Of a stretch of DNA of 64,000 bases, positions 1-9,043 are shown in pieces; within the stretch, counting starts at the first letter, position 1, and every line of letters starts with the position of its first letter. The DNA is from Candidatus Levybacteria bacterium RIFCSPHIGHO2_01_FULL_36_15b (GTDB taxonomy: Bacteria > Patescibacteriota > Microgenomatia > Levybacterales > UBA12049). The position numbers and the translations under genes were made by a program. The notes under the pieces were generated by a model. The model ran no database searches, was not told the origin of the DNA, and was given only the letters and a program-made list of their open reading frames with translations. The stretch is taken from positions 86,890 through 150,889 of the forward strand of contig MFNK01000012.1 in assembly GCA_001782045.1 (NCBI GenBank), read 5' to 3'.

Positions 1-202
1 TTTTAAAACCAATGCCTTGGGACAGTTTGCATCTGCTACGGCTTTAACAAACGGAAAATACACAATAGAGTTTGAAGACCCAAAGCAGATGCATAAATTT
101 GACACTGTTGCATTTGAGGCTAACGGACAAATAATAATGCCAATTGAAGCAACGTCTACCGACCAAAGAGAGGAGTTAAGAAAAAGTCTTTTCACAAATT
201 AA
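1..202 (+). CDS. Hypothetical protein, 5'-truncated by the window edge (C-terminal ~67 aa). Sits immediately upstream of the VirB4-like genes.
   Basis: The ORF in frame 2 is open from the first base of the window. The first possible start is TTG at 17 and the stop is at 200-202. No recognisable motif. Confidence 0.3.
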   Translation, partial: FKTNALGQFASATALTNGKYTIEFEDPKQMHKFDTVAFEANGQIIMPIEATSTDQREELRKSLFTN

Positions 203-870
203 TGAAAAAGCCTGCCCTAAAATTAAATTCGACTCAAAAGTTTATAGAAATAATAGACGTATATGAAGATATTCTTATACTTACAAGTGGAAATGCTTCT
301 TTAATTATTGAGGTCCAGGCAACTAATTTTGACTTACTTTCCCAAGATGAACAAAATGCAAAAATTTACGCCTATTCTTCTCTTTTAAATTCATTATCTT
401 TTCCTATTCAAATTGTAGTAAGAAGCAGACAGCTTGATATATCCTCTTACATTAACTTGCTTGCAGAGGAAGAAGCAAAGACCCAAAACCAAGCTCTACG
501 AAAACAAATAAGTCTTTATAAAAAATTTGTAACCGAGTTGGTAAAGAAAAATACCGTACTTGATAAGAAATTTTATGTCGTAATTCCTTATTCTTCTTTG
601 GAAAAAGGAGTATTTGGCGCAAAACAAGCAGTGGGGGGAGATTCTATAAAAAATTTAGAGGTTCAGGCAAAAGCAGCGTTGCATTCAAAAGCAGAATCTA
701 TGCATACACAGTTGTCACGAATAGGACTTAAATCAAAAACGCTTGAAAGAGAAGATTTATTAAAGTTATTTTACGAACTATATAACGACTCTTCGGTCCA
801 TCAGTCTCATATGGCTCATGGAAAAACCGGAATTGTGAAAGGAGATGCAAGTGCTGTTCAAAAGAAATAA
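202..870 (+). CDS. VirB4/TraC-family N-terminal domain-like protein; possibly the N-terminal part of a split VirB4 ATPase.
   Basis: The 222-aa product has the pattern typical of VirB4 N-domains and no Walker motifs. It overlaps the next ORF by 26 nt in a +1 frame, across an A-rich tract at 855-880. Confidence 0.4.
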   Translation: MKKPALKLNSTQKFIEIIDVYEDILILTSGNASLIIEVQATNFDLLSQDEQNAKIYAYSSLLNSLSFPIQIVVRSRQLDISSYINLLAEEEAKTQNQALRKQISLYKKFVTELVKKNTVLDKKFYVVIPYSSLEKGVFGAKQAVGGDSIKNLEVQAKAALHSKAESMHTQLSRIGLKSKTLEREDLLKLFYELYNDSSVHQSHMAHGKTGIVKGDASAVQKK

Positions 871-2686
871 AAATAAAACTGCAACTGCGCAAGATCCAAC
901 ATCAAATATTTTGCAAAGAGGAATGAGCAGTATTCCAGATGTTCTTGCGCCATCGTCAATTGAAGTAGACTTCAATAATATTAGGGTTGGTGAAAAGCTA
1001 TATAAATCATTTTTTATCTCTGGCTATCCCAGATACGTTTCTGCAAACTGGCTTGAGCCCTTAATTAATTTCGAATCCTCTATGGATATTTCAATGTTTA
1101 TTTATCCAACAGACGCCCCGGATGTTTTATCCGATTTAAGACGCAAGATTGCCGAAATGGAGGCAACGCTTTCGTCAAACATAGAAGAGGGCTTAGATGT
1201 TGACCCAAAAGTTAGCGCTTCTTTGGAAGACGCACTTTCTGTCCAGGAAGAATTAGCAAAGGGCGTGGAAAGATTTTTCCAGTTCTCGCTTTATGTTTCC
1301 TTGATTGCTAATACCATGGAGGAGCTTAATGAAAATTCAAAAAAATTAGTTTCTACTTTAAATTCAATTTTACTTTTGCCTAAAACCGCAACTCTTCAAA
1401 TGGAGGAAGGATTTAAATCAACTATTCCACTTGGACGTGACTTTTTGTTTTTAACAAGAAATATGGATACGACTTCGCTGGCTTCAACTTTTCCTTTTAC
1501 TTCGGCTATGTTAACGCAGGACAAGGGAATTTTATATGGAGTAAACCAGCAAAACGGTTCGTTAATTATTTTTGATAGATTTAGTCTTGAAAACGCAAAT
1601 GAAGTAGTTTTGGGAAAATCGGGTGCCGGAAAATCATATCTAATAAAACTTGAGGCATTCCGTCAGTTTATGTTTGGGACCGAGGTAATAATAATTGACC
1701 CGGAAGGAGAATATTCAAAGCTTGCCAAAAGCCTAAGCGGAGAAGAGGTTTTCTTTAGCGCAAACTCTCCTATTAAAATTAACCCATTTGATTTATCCCA
1801 AAGTTACGAAGAGGGCGAAAACGAATTGGGTTTAAAAATATTGTCCTTGCATGGGCTTTTAAAAATAGTTTTTGGAAAACTCGATGCAACATCAGATGCA
1901 ATACTAGACAGGGCGTTAGTTGAAACATACAGGCAAAAAGGCATAACCGTTGAGCCAAATACTCAAAAAAACACACCCCCTTTAATGGAAGACTTATATA
2001 AAGTTTTATTGGGAATGGAAGACCAAAAGGCGAATGAACTGGCTTTAGTTTTAGAAAAATTTATAAAAGGCAGTTTGTCGGGCATTTTTAATCAGCAATC
2101 TAATTTTGACATAAAAAACCCATTTACAGTTTTTAACATAAAGGGGCTTGAAGAAGAATTGAGGCCAATTGCAATGCACATAGTTTTGGATTTTGTATGG
2201 ACAAAAATAAGAAAAGATTTAAAAAAGAGGTTATTAATACTAGATGAGGCTTGGTACATGATGGAATACGAAGACAGCGCATCTTTTGTTTATTCAATTG
2301 CTAAACGCGCTCGAAAATACTACTTAGGACTAACAACAGCAACACAAGACGTTGAGGATTTTTTATCAACCGATTATGGAAAAGCGGTTTTGTCCAATTC
2401 GTCTATTCAAATGCTTCTTAAGCAGGCGCCGAGCGAAGTCGATTTGGTATCACAAGTGTTTTACCTTACAAAAGGAGAAAAGCAATTGCTTTTATCCGCC
2501 CAAATTGGCGAAGGACTTTTCTTTGCCGGACAAAATCACGTTGCAATACAAGTGCTGGCAGCAGAACACGAACACGCATTAATTACCACCGACCCACAGG
2601 AGGCTCAAAGCACGAAACAGGATACTGAAAAAAGTGCGATTACACCTCCCGAGAAGCCCTCCGAAAAAGCAACTGACAGTCACTAG
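845..2686 (+). CDS. virB4: Type IV secretion / conjugative transfer ATPase, VirB4/TrbE/TraC family (ATPase domain).
   Basis: Walker A LGKSGAGKSYL, the IIIDPEGEY motif and Walker B LLILDEAWYMM (the DEAW signature of VirB4 family). An SD AAGGAG at 835-840 with an in-frame GTG at 851 is an alternative start. Confidence 0.75.
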   Translation: MQVLFKRNKNKTATAQDPTSNILQRGMSSIPDVLAPSSIEVDFNNIRVGEKLYKSFFISGYPRYVSANWLEPLINFESSMDISMFIYPTDAPDVLSDLRRKIAEMEATLSSNIEEGLDVDPKVSASLEDALSVQEELAKGVERFFQFSLYVSLIANTMEELNENSKKLVSTLNSILLLPKTATLQMEEGFKSTIPLGRDFLFLTRNMDTTSLASTFPFTSAMLTQDKGILYGVNQQNGSLIIFDRFSLENANEVVLGKSGAGKSYLIKLEAFRQFMFGTEVIIIDPEGEYSKLAKSLSGEEVFFSANSPIKINPFDLSQSYEEGENELGLKILSLHGLLKIVFGKLDATSDAILDRALVETYRQKGITVEPNTQKNTPPLMEDLYKVLLGMEDQKANELALVLEKFIKGSLSGIFNQQSNFDIKNPFTVFNIKGLEEELRPIAMHIVLDFVWTKIRKDLKKRLLILDEAWYMMEYEDSASFVYSIAKRARKYYLGLTTATQDVEDFLSTDYGKAVLSNSSIQMLLKQAPSEVDLVSQVFYLTKGEKQLLLSAQIGEGLFFAGQNHVAIQVLAAEHEHALITTDPQEAQSTKQDTEKSAITPPEKPSEKATDSH

Positions 2687-2719
2687 TAACTAATATCTAG
2701 TAACTGCTAATATTAAATT

Positions 2720-3514
2720 ATGGACGAAGAAGAAAAGAAAGACCAACAGGGTCCGCAGGAAAACGACGATCAGCAATCTCCTTTTGACCAAACTGGACAA
2801 GTAACTGATAGGGCAAAACAGGTTGGCAAAAAAGCGCTAAAGGGACTACGGGGATTAGGAACAGCAGGCCAAGCCGCAGGAGAGACAGAGACAGCTGGTG
2901 CCGGCGCTCAAGCAGCAGAAAAATCGGCTACAAAAGTTGCCACTAGGGCTTTGCAGGTAGCTCTTAGAGCCGGAGGCTCAAATATTGGAGGGTGGGCTGT
3001 GATTATTGTCATTGCAATAGTTTTTGCAATGACAATCTTAATGGCAATACTTGGAGGTCAACAAGCTACAACTGCCACAAATTATAACGCTCCCATAGAA
3101 GAACCACCAGAGCCAATAGATGAAAATGTCTGCAGTTTAATTGACATTCCTGGCTTAACGTGTAATCTTTCCGCGCCTCCCCTGGTTGAAAATGGCCAGT
3201 CTTACGAATACATAGGGGATGTAAATTATAAAACCAGCGATGGTGGAAAAGAATTAAGCAGTTTTAAATTTATACTTACTATTCCGTCTGACATTATTGA
3301 ATTCACCACTCCTCTTCCCGGAAATCCTGATCCTAGCACGAGTGGGTCACAAACAACATACACTTGGTTGCTCAGCGATGCTGCAAACATTTCTTTATTC
3401 AAACAAGTAACCGGCTCTAGCCCTCCGGAATATAATTTTCATTTTTCAGTTACAGCAAAGCCCAAGACAGGGGTAAAAGACACCACCGCAACAGTGGAGC
3501 TTTTGGTAGAATAA
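2720..3514 (+). CDS. Hypothetical single-pass membrane protein with an acidic, Gly/Ala-rich N-terminal tail and an extracytoplasmic Thr/Ser/Pro-rich domain.
   Basis: One hydrophobic helix (WAVIIVIAIVFAMTILMAILGG). By eye this stretch looks higher in GC than the neighbouring genes. Confidence 0.4.
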   Translation: MDEEEKKDQQGPQENDDQQSPFDQTGQVTDRAKQVGKKALKGLRGLGTAGQAAGETETAGAGAQAAEKSATKVATRALQVALRAGGSNIGGWAVIIVIAIVFAMTILMAILGGQQATTATNYNAPIEEPPEPIDENVCSLIDIPGLTCNLSAPPLVENGQSYEYIGDVNYKTSDGGKELSSFKFILTIPSDIIEFTTPLPGNPDPSTSGSQTTYTWLLSDAANISLFKQVTGSSPPEYNFHFSVTAKPKTGVKDTTATVELLVE

Positions 3515-3518
3515 TATT

Positions 3519-4289
3519 GTGAGAAATATTACAGTTATAATAATTTTATTTTTATCCTTTTTTATTCTGGCTGCTTCTGCATCGGCTTTTGTGATCGAAA
3601 CCGTAATTGGAAACCCTACTGGGGAAGGGCTTCCAAGGTGCACGACTCTTGATGCAAATCCTCGTGGATGCTTAAGCAATGATTTAAATATTACCGTCAC
3701 AGGCTCATTTACAGATGACCAAATAAGGAGTATCTACAATGATTTTTGGCGTGTCGCGGGAAAAAGCAGAGCGTATTGGGAGTTGTTAAAAGAAGCCGGC
3801 CCCTCAGTAAACGAAGATAACAGTCTTCCAGGAGAAGGGTGTTTTGCAAAAGTAGAAAACGGTAATATATACATTCAGGCTTATAATAAATGTTCAGACA
3901 CCTTGCTTATTCATGAAAGCGGGCATGTGTTTGCAGGAAAAAACAGTAGATATTTAATAAGGAGGTTCCCTTATGAAGATGAAATAAAAAACTCAGGCGC
4001 TGCTTGCGTTGAGGATCGGTGCAACAATGGCCACGCCTTTATTAAGACATATTCCCTAAGGGATAAAAGCTGCGATAGCACCTCAAACCCCTATCCAGAA
4101 AAGTGTACATTTGGTGTCAGTCCTAAGGGAGAATCGTTTGCAGAAGCACTTGTTGACTACACAACCCCTGGAAGAATTGGCAGAAGGAGTAGCACATACT
4201 GCTCTGTTGCCATTGAAAATTATAAATCTGATTGTAAAAATGCTTATGCATGGATGAGAGACAATGTTTTTGGAGGAGCAGAATTTTAA
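3519..4289 (+). CDS. Secreted cysteine-rich protein with an HExxH motif (putative zinc metallopeptidase).
   Basis: N-terminal signal-peptide-like segment MRNITVIIILFLSFFILAASASA, a LLIHESGHVFAG (HExxH) motif and about 12 Cys residues. Confidence 0.4.
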   Translation: MRNITVIIILFLSFFILAASASAFVIETVIGNPTGEGLPRCTTLDANPRGCLSNDLNITVTGSFTDDQIRSIYNDFWRVAGKSRAYWELLKEAGPSVNEDNSLPGEGCFAKVENGNIYIQAYNKCSDTLLIHESGHVFAGKNSRYLIRRFPYEDEIKNSGAACVEDRCNNGHAFIKTYSLRDKSCDSTSNPYPEKCTFGVSPKGESFAEALVDYTTPGRIGRRSSTYCSVAIENYKSDCKNAYAWMRDNVFGGAEF

Positions 4290-4874
4290 ATGAGAAAAAA
4301 AATATTTGTTATTGTATTAATAGTTTTTATTGGGATTGTTTTTTTACTTTTCTTAGGCGGGGACAAAAAAAAACCCGTTAAGCAAACGGCGCCAACACCA
4401 ATTCCCATACCTTCTGATTTTGATAAAAATTACAGCAACTTTAATTATTTATCGCCGGGAAAGAGTACCTATAATGATGTTGTTAGTATTAATGGAAAAC
4501 CAAAAACTTCGTCTGCTTTCGGTAAGAAAACAAAACTTACCTATCTTACGCCTAATCAAGATTACGAAAACTTGGTCGTATTAGATAATAACACAGTAAC
4601 CTACGCCTATGAATATGTTTTTTCTACTTATAGGGGCGTCTTGAGTGAGTACTTGAAAACCTACGGGAACCCACTGAAGCTTTACTCCAAAGACCCTGAT
4701 GGGTTTGACTGGTATATTTTTCTTGGATCAGGAATTGGAGTGGAAGCGGCAGACAATCTTGTAACAAGAGTGCTGTATTTTATTCCTCAGGATAAAAATA
4801 GTTTTATGACAAACATAGCTAAAGACGTTGGGCTTTCGGAGACCCCAATAGAAGAGATAGGGGAGCCTTTTTAA
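4290..4874 (+). CDS. Hypothetical membrane-anchored protein.
   Basis: N-terminal TM helix followed by a soluble domain. ATG at 4290 immediately after the previous stop. Confidence 0.4.
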   Translation: MRKKIFVIVLIVFIGIVFLLFLGGDKKKPVKQTAPTPIPIPSDFDKNYSNFNYLSPGKSTYNDVVSINGKPKTSSAFGKKTKLTYLTPNQDYENLVVLDNNTVTYAYEYVFSTYRGVLSEYLKTYGNPLKLYSKDPDGFDWYIFLGSGIGVEAADNLVTRVLYFIPQDKNSFMTNIAKDVGLSETPIEEIGEPF

Positions 4875-5977
4875 CCCTGAATTCTGATTGGCATTATTAA
4901 ATGGAGAAAGTTATTGTCCCCTTTTACTTTAAAAACGCCGGGGTTTAGTGGACCCGTCATCTCAAAGATTAATTCTTCTTCCTCCAGCGTTGTCAAAACG
5001 TCAATTAAGTATTTTGCGTTGAATGCGATTTCGTTTCCCTCCCCAATTGTTTTTGCTGCTATTTCTACCAAATCCTCTCCCACTTGAGGTGAGTTGGCAG
5101 AAACCACTAGCTTGTCTTTTTCTACAGACAACTTAACTATATTGGCGGTCTCTCTTGCAAAAACAGAGCAAATTCTTATTGCGTTTAAAAGTTCTTCTCT
5201 GTCTATTTCTGTTTTTGTATCCGCATCTTCTGGCATTATTTTTTCATACTGCGGATAGTCGGCATCTATTAGTCTTCCAACAATTTCTGTTTCTGCTTGC
5301 GTTATTACAACTTGATTATTTTCTTTAGAAACACAAAAGGAAATTTTTCCATCATCTTCTTTTAAAAACGATAGTTCTTTGATAACTCTGCCGGGGACTA
5401 CAATGGGTTTTTCAAGCCCTTCCTTTAACTTGAGTGGGGTTTTCTGATAAGAAAGTCTGTACTGGTCGGTTGCCACCAGAACAACGCCTTCTTTTCCTTT
5501 TTCAAACAAGACACCAAGAAGAGATGGGCGACTAGAATCTACGGCTGCGGCAAAAGAAACTCTTTGGAAAAACTTTTCTACGTCTTTCTTTTCCAAGGTT
5601 AAAATTACATCGCCTTTTTGTTCATAAAGCTTAGGAAACTCGTCTGCGGACATTGTTTGAAACGAAGCCCTTACCTTATCCCCTTTAAGTTTTAAAACGT
5701 TTTCTTCGAGCTCTAGTTTTATTTTTTGGTCTTTGATATTAGTTATTAAATCCAGAAAGTTTTTCGCCAATACTGTTGTTTTTCCTTCTTTTTCAACGCT
5801 TGCAGGAACTTCTGCAGATATTCCTATTTCTAAATCTGTTGCTGAAATTACTAACTTTCCCCTTTTTGTCTCCAATAAAAAATTTGAAAGTATCGGGAGG
5901 GTTGCCCGACTGGAAACGGCATGATTAAGAAAAGAAATTTTCTCGAGCAGGTTATCGGAAAGAAGTGAAACCAACAT
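4871..5977 (-). CDS. dnaN: DNA polymerase III beta subunit (sliding clamp).
   Basis: 368 aa with the DnaN N-terminal pattern (LLETKRGKLVISATDLEIGIS), located immediately downstream of dnaA. Confidence 0.9.
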   Translation of the reverse strand: MLVSLLSDNLLEKISFLNHAVSSRATLPILSNFLLETKRGKLVISATDLEIGISAEVPASVEKEGKTTVLAKNFLDLITNIKDQKIKLELEENVLKLKGDKVRASFQTMSADEFPKLYEQKGDVILTLEKKDVEKFFQRVSFAAAVDSSRPSLLGVLFEKGKEGVVLVATDQYRLSYQKTPLKLKEGLEKPIVVPGRVIKELSFLKEDDGKISFCVSKENNQVVITQAETEIVGRLIDADYPQYEKIMPEDADTKTEIDREELLNAIRICSVFARETANIVKLSVEKDKLVVSANSPQVGEDLVEIAAKTIGEGNEIAFNAKYLIDVLTTLEEEELIFEMTGPLNPGVFKVKGDNNFLHLIMPIRIQG

Positions 5978-6102
5978 ATTCTTATTTGTAGTTGTAGTAG
6001 TTTATATGGAAAAGTGGAAAAAAGCAAGGAGGCCTACTTATATTTTTGTTGATAACGAGTGGATAAAAATGTGGATAAAAAGTTAATAAAAAAAAACACA
6101 GA
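5978..6102. promoter_or_regulatory. dnaA-dnaN intergenic region carrying DnaA boxes.
   Basis: TGTGGATAA at 6070-6078 (perfect complement of TTATCCACA) and AGTGGATAA at 6058-6066 (8/9). Confidence 0.5.
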
Positions 6103-7446
6103 TTAATCCACTTTTTTTCCCAACATCTGGTCGTTTATCCCCAAGAAATCCATATTTCCTTTTTGCTCAACCAATTTTTCAATTTTTCCCACGCCATGCA
6201 TTATTGTTGTATGATCCCTTCCTCCAAGCAAGTGCCCAATTTCTACAAAGGTTAACCCCATTTGTTTTTTTAATAAAAACATTGCAACCTGCCTTGGTCT
6301 TACCAAAAAAGCATCGCGTTTTGGACTTTTTAATTGCGTGGGTTTTACATTGTAGTAAGAGCAGACATTGTCTATTATTTCATCAGGATGAAAGCCTCTT
6401 GGTTCGTCTTTTTCAACCGGCAGGAAAGAGGCAAGTATGTCTTCTGTTATTTCCGACAAGCCTTTGTTCTGGGCTTCTGTTATTAATCTTAAAAGCAAAC
6501 CCTCAAGCCCTCTTGCATCCTGCGCCTTTTGGGCAATAGCCTTGGCGGTATTAAAAGAAAGAGAAATATTATATTTTTTTGCTTTAATAAGAAGTATCGC
6601 ACATCTAAGTTCAAAATCCGGTGATTGAATATCTACCGTTAGTCCGCCACCAAATCTTGATATTAATCTTTTTTCCAGCTGTTTTATTTCAGACGGATGC
6701 CTATCAGACGAGAGTACAATTTGTGAGTTTTGATCAACCAATGTATTAAATGTGTGAAAAAGCTCTTCCTGAACCTTTTCCTTTCCTGCAATAAATTGAA
6801 TATCATCAATTACAAGTAAATCCAGATCTCTAAATCTTCTTTTCATTCTGGCTGTATTATTTGTTCTTATTGCCTCAACCACATCATTTGTAAACTCCTC
6901 ACTTGTTGTATAAAGAATTTTGGAGCTTGGTTTTTTTGCATAAACTTCATTTGCTATTGCTTGCATAAGATGTGTTTTTCCAACCCCAACAGGCCCATAA
7001 ATAAACAAAGGGTTGTAGGTTGCCCCCGGATTTTTAGCAACAGTGGTAGCAGAAACATAAGCCAGCTGGTTGCTTCCCGAAACTGCCATATTCTCAAAAC
7101 TATAATCCGATCTAACCCTTGGCAAATGCCCTATTGAAGATTTTGTTTCCGTCTGCGAAAAAAGAGTATCGTTTTTATCTTCCAAAACAACATCAACTAC
7201 TGTTTTTGGAACAAAAACAATTTTTGTATTTATCCCTATATGCTTATCTGTTGCTTTTTTTATGATTGAAAAAAACTTTCGCTGCAGCAGATCTATTATC
7301 ATTCCGGAGGGAGCGGCAACCGTTGCAACACCATCCTCTACAGAAAGTAAACGCGTTTGATTAAAAAGAGTTAAATAATTCGCCTTAGAAACCTCCAATT
7401 CTATTTCAGACAAAACATTCTTCCAGATATTTTTGTAGTCACTCAT
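6103..7446 (-). CDS. dnaA: Chromosomal replication initiator protein DnaA.
   Basis: AAA+ Walker A GPVGVGKTHLMQAIANE, Walker B LLVIDDIQF and a C-terminal DNA-binding domain. Confidence 0.95.
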   Translation of the reverse strand: MSDYKNIWKNVLSEIELEVSKANYLTLFNQTRLLSVEDGVATVAAPSGMIIDLLQRKFFSIIKKATDKHIGINTKIVFVPKTVVDVVLEDKNDTLFSQTETKSSIGHLPRVRSDYSFENMAVSGSNQLAYVSATTVAKNPGATYNPLFIYGPVGVGKTHLMQAIANEVYAKKPSSKILYTTSEEFTNDVVEAIRTNNTARMKRRFRDLDLLVIDDIQFIAGKEKVQEELFHTFNTLVDQNSQIVLSSDRHPSEIKQLEKRLISRFGGGLTVDIQSPDFELRCAILLIKAKKYNISLSFNTAKAIAQKAQDARGLEGLLLRLITEAQNKGLSEITEDILASFLPVEKDEPRGFHPDEIIDNVCSYYNVKPTQLKSPKRDAFLVRPRQVAMFLLKKQMGLTFVEIGHLLGGRDHTTIMHGVGKIEKLVEQKGNMDFLGINDQMLGKKVD

Positions 7447-7563
7447 GGTAGAAGTCCATTATTAATAATGTGGATAACTTGTGTCAAGATGAGAAACTGG
7501 ATAAAAGTATATCTTTTTTAAAATGCTTTAAAAAGACATCCTTCTTTGCTATACTTACGTTTA
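7447..7563. promoter_or_regulatory. Candidate oriC / DnaA-box region between dnaA and rpmH.
   Basis: Perfect DnaA box TGTGGATAA at 7469-7477 and a degenerate CTGGATAA at 7496-7503, followed by an AT-rich stretch. This is the classical rpmH-dnaA origin position. Confidence 0.5.
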
Positions 7564-7698
7564 ATGGAAAAATTTAGAAAGCTTAAAAAAGTAAAAAGAA
7601 AAAGAAAACACGGATTTTTAGAAAGAACAAAAGACAGAAGCGGCAAAAATCTTTTAAAAAGAAGAAGAAACAAAGGAAGAAAAAGGTTAACGATATAA
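7564..7698 (+). CDS. rpmH: 50S ribosomal protein L34.
   Basis: Manual translation gives MEKFRKLKKVKRKRKHGFLERTKDRSGKNLLKRRRNKGRKRLTI (44 aa), a bL34-type basic sequence. It was missed by the ORF track because it is under 60 aa, and it sits directly upstream of rnpA. Confidence 0.85.
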   Translation: MEKFRKLKKVKRKRKHGFLERTKDRSGKNLLKRRRNKGRKRLTI

Positions 7699-8025
7699 GT
7701 GTTAAAAAAAATAAACCGTCTTTCTAAATTTAAAAGAATTGAAAATTTAAAAAGCGTCACAACCCCCTTTTTTGTTTTAAAATATAAAAAGGAAGACGCC
7801 AGGGTTGCAAAATTTGGATTTATAGTTTCAAAAAAAATTGACAAAAGGGCAACTGTTAGAAATAAAATAAAAAGAATGTTTCAAAAGGCGGTCCAAGAAA
7901 ATATTGAAAAAATTCTTCCCTTTACATTTTTAATAATTGCAAAAGAGAAATGCGTGGAAGAAACAGAAGAAAGCTTATCTAAAACACTTAACTTTATATT
8001 TACAAAAGAAAACTTACTAAAATGA
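7699..8025 (+). CDS. rnpA: Ribonuclease P protein component.
   Basis: 108-aa basic protein in the rpmH-rnpA-yidD-yidC synteny. GTG start abutting the rpmH stop. Confidence 0.85.
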   Translation: MLKKINRLSKFKRIENLKSVTTPFFVLKYKKEDARVAKFGFIVSKKIDKRATVRNKIKRMFQKAVQENIEKILPFTFLIIAKEKCVEETEESLSKTLNFIFTKENLLK

Positions 8026-8240
8026 AAACAATACTTATAGCACTAATTAATTTTTATCAAAAAATTATTTCTCCCTCGTTAAAACAATTGCTAGGATTTA
8101 ATAATTCTTGCAGATTTTATCCAACATGCTCTGAATATACAAAAAATGCCATTTCCCAAAAAGGATTTTTAGTTGGTTTGTACGCCGGATTTTTAAGGCT
8201 TTTAAAATGCCAACCTTTTTATAACCCGGCAAAAATATGA
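8022..8240 (+). CDS. yidD: Membrane protein insertion efficiency factor YidD.
   Basis: 72 aa with the YidD-type sequence (ISPSLKQLLGFNNSCRFYPTCSEY). Overlaps rnpA by 4 nt. Confidence 0.85.
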   Translation: MKTILIALINFYQKIISPSLKQLLGFNNSCRFYPTCSEYTKNAISQKGFLVGLYAGFLRLLKCQPFYNPAKI

Positions 8241-9043
8241 ATATCTTTGATACATTAATACTGAATCCGATTTTAAACATTCTTCTTTTAAATTATAAAC
8301 TGTTTTCAAGTATTGGCGCTCCTTTTGCATTGGGCTTTGCAATAATCGGACTGACAATTGTAATTAGAGTTATTCTTTATCCATTAATGTCTGCACAGCT
8401 AAAGGCCGCAAAGAAGATGCAAGATGTTAATCCGCATCTTTCAAGGTTGCGCGAAAAACACAAAGGAGATGCTAAGACTCTTCAGCAAGAAACAATGAAA
8501 TTATATAAAGAGTTTGGCATTAACCCAGCAGCAGGTTGTCTTCCTATACTCATACAACTGCCTGTTATTTGGGGACTTTATGCAGCTTTAAATAAGGTAA
8601 TTAATTTGGGAGCAAATACTGTTTCAGAAGTAAACAAATTAGCATATTATGATTTTTTAAAGATTGATAAACCTTGGGATGTATATTTCTTTGGTCTTCC
8701 GCTTGCACAAAACCCCGCACAATTAATGAATACGCTAGGCCCCATTATTTTACTCGTGCCGCTTTTAACAGGACTTTTTCAGTTTATACAATCTAAAATG
8801 ATGATGTCGGCCACTCCTGTCAAAAAAGACGATGTAAAAAAGAAGGATGATTTTGCCACTGCTTTTCAATCACAGTCCTTATATATTTTTCCAGTGATGA
8901 TAGGTTTTCTTTCATACACTTTTCCAATTGGCCTTTCTCTATACTGGAACACGTTTACCATTTTTGGTATCATACAGCAATATAAAATCTCTGGTCTTGG
9001 GGGCTTAGAAATTTGGATGCAAAAAGTATGGAAGCAAAAATAA
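8237..9043 (+). CDS. yidC: Membrane protein insertase YidC/Oxa1 (short form).
   Basis: 268-aa polytopic protein in conserved synteny after yidD. Confidence 0.85.
   Translation: MNIFDTLILNPILNILLLNYKLFSSIGAPFALGFAIIGLTIVIRVILYPLMSAQLKAAKKMQDVNPHLSRLREKHKGDAKTLQQETMKLYKEFGINPAAGCLPILIQLPVIWGLYAALNKVINLGANTVSEVNKLAYYDFLKIDKPWDVYFFGLPLAQNPAQLMNTLGPIILLVPLLTGLFQFIQSKMMMSATPVKKDDVKKKDDFATAFQSQSLYIFPVMIGFLSYTFPIGLSLYWNTFTIFGIIQQYKISGLGGLEIWMQKVWKQK

Noticed and set aside
778-975. Antisense or embedded ORFs listed in the track inside well-supported genes (for example 778..975-, 1779..1976-, 6204..6539+, 12408..12746-, 18303..18836-, 22011..22535+, 23496..23897+, 24640..25030+, 29018..29528+, 31890..32285+, 40594..40902+, 40888..41136-, 42370..43020-).
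   Set aside because: All lie within and opposite to, or out of frame with, genes whose products have clear conserved motifs. They have low-complexity or hydrophobic composition typical of shadow ORFs in AT-rich DNA.
7518-7844. 108-aa minus-strand ORF overlapping rpmH-rnpA.
   Set aside because: It overlaps the clearly identifiable rpmH and rnpA on the opposite strand and has a Phe/Leu-rich composition characteristic of the antisense of Lys-rich genes.
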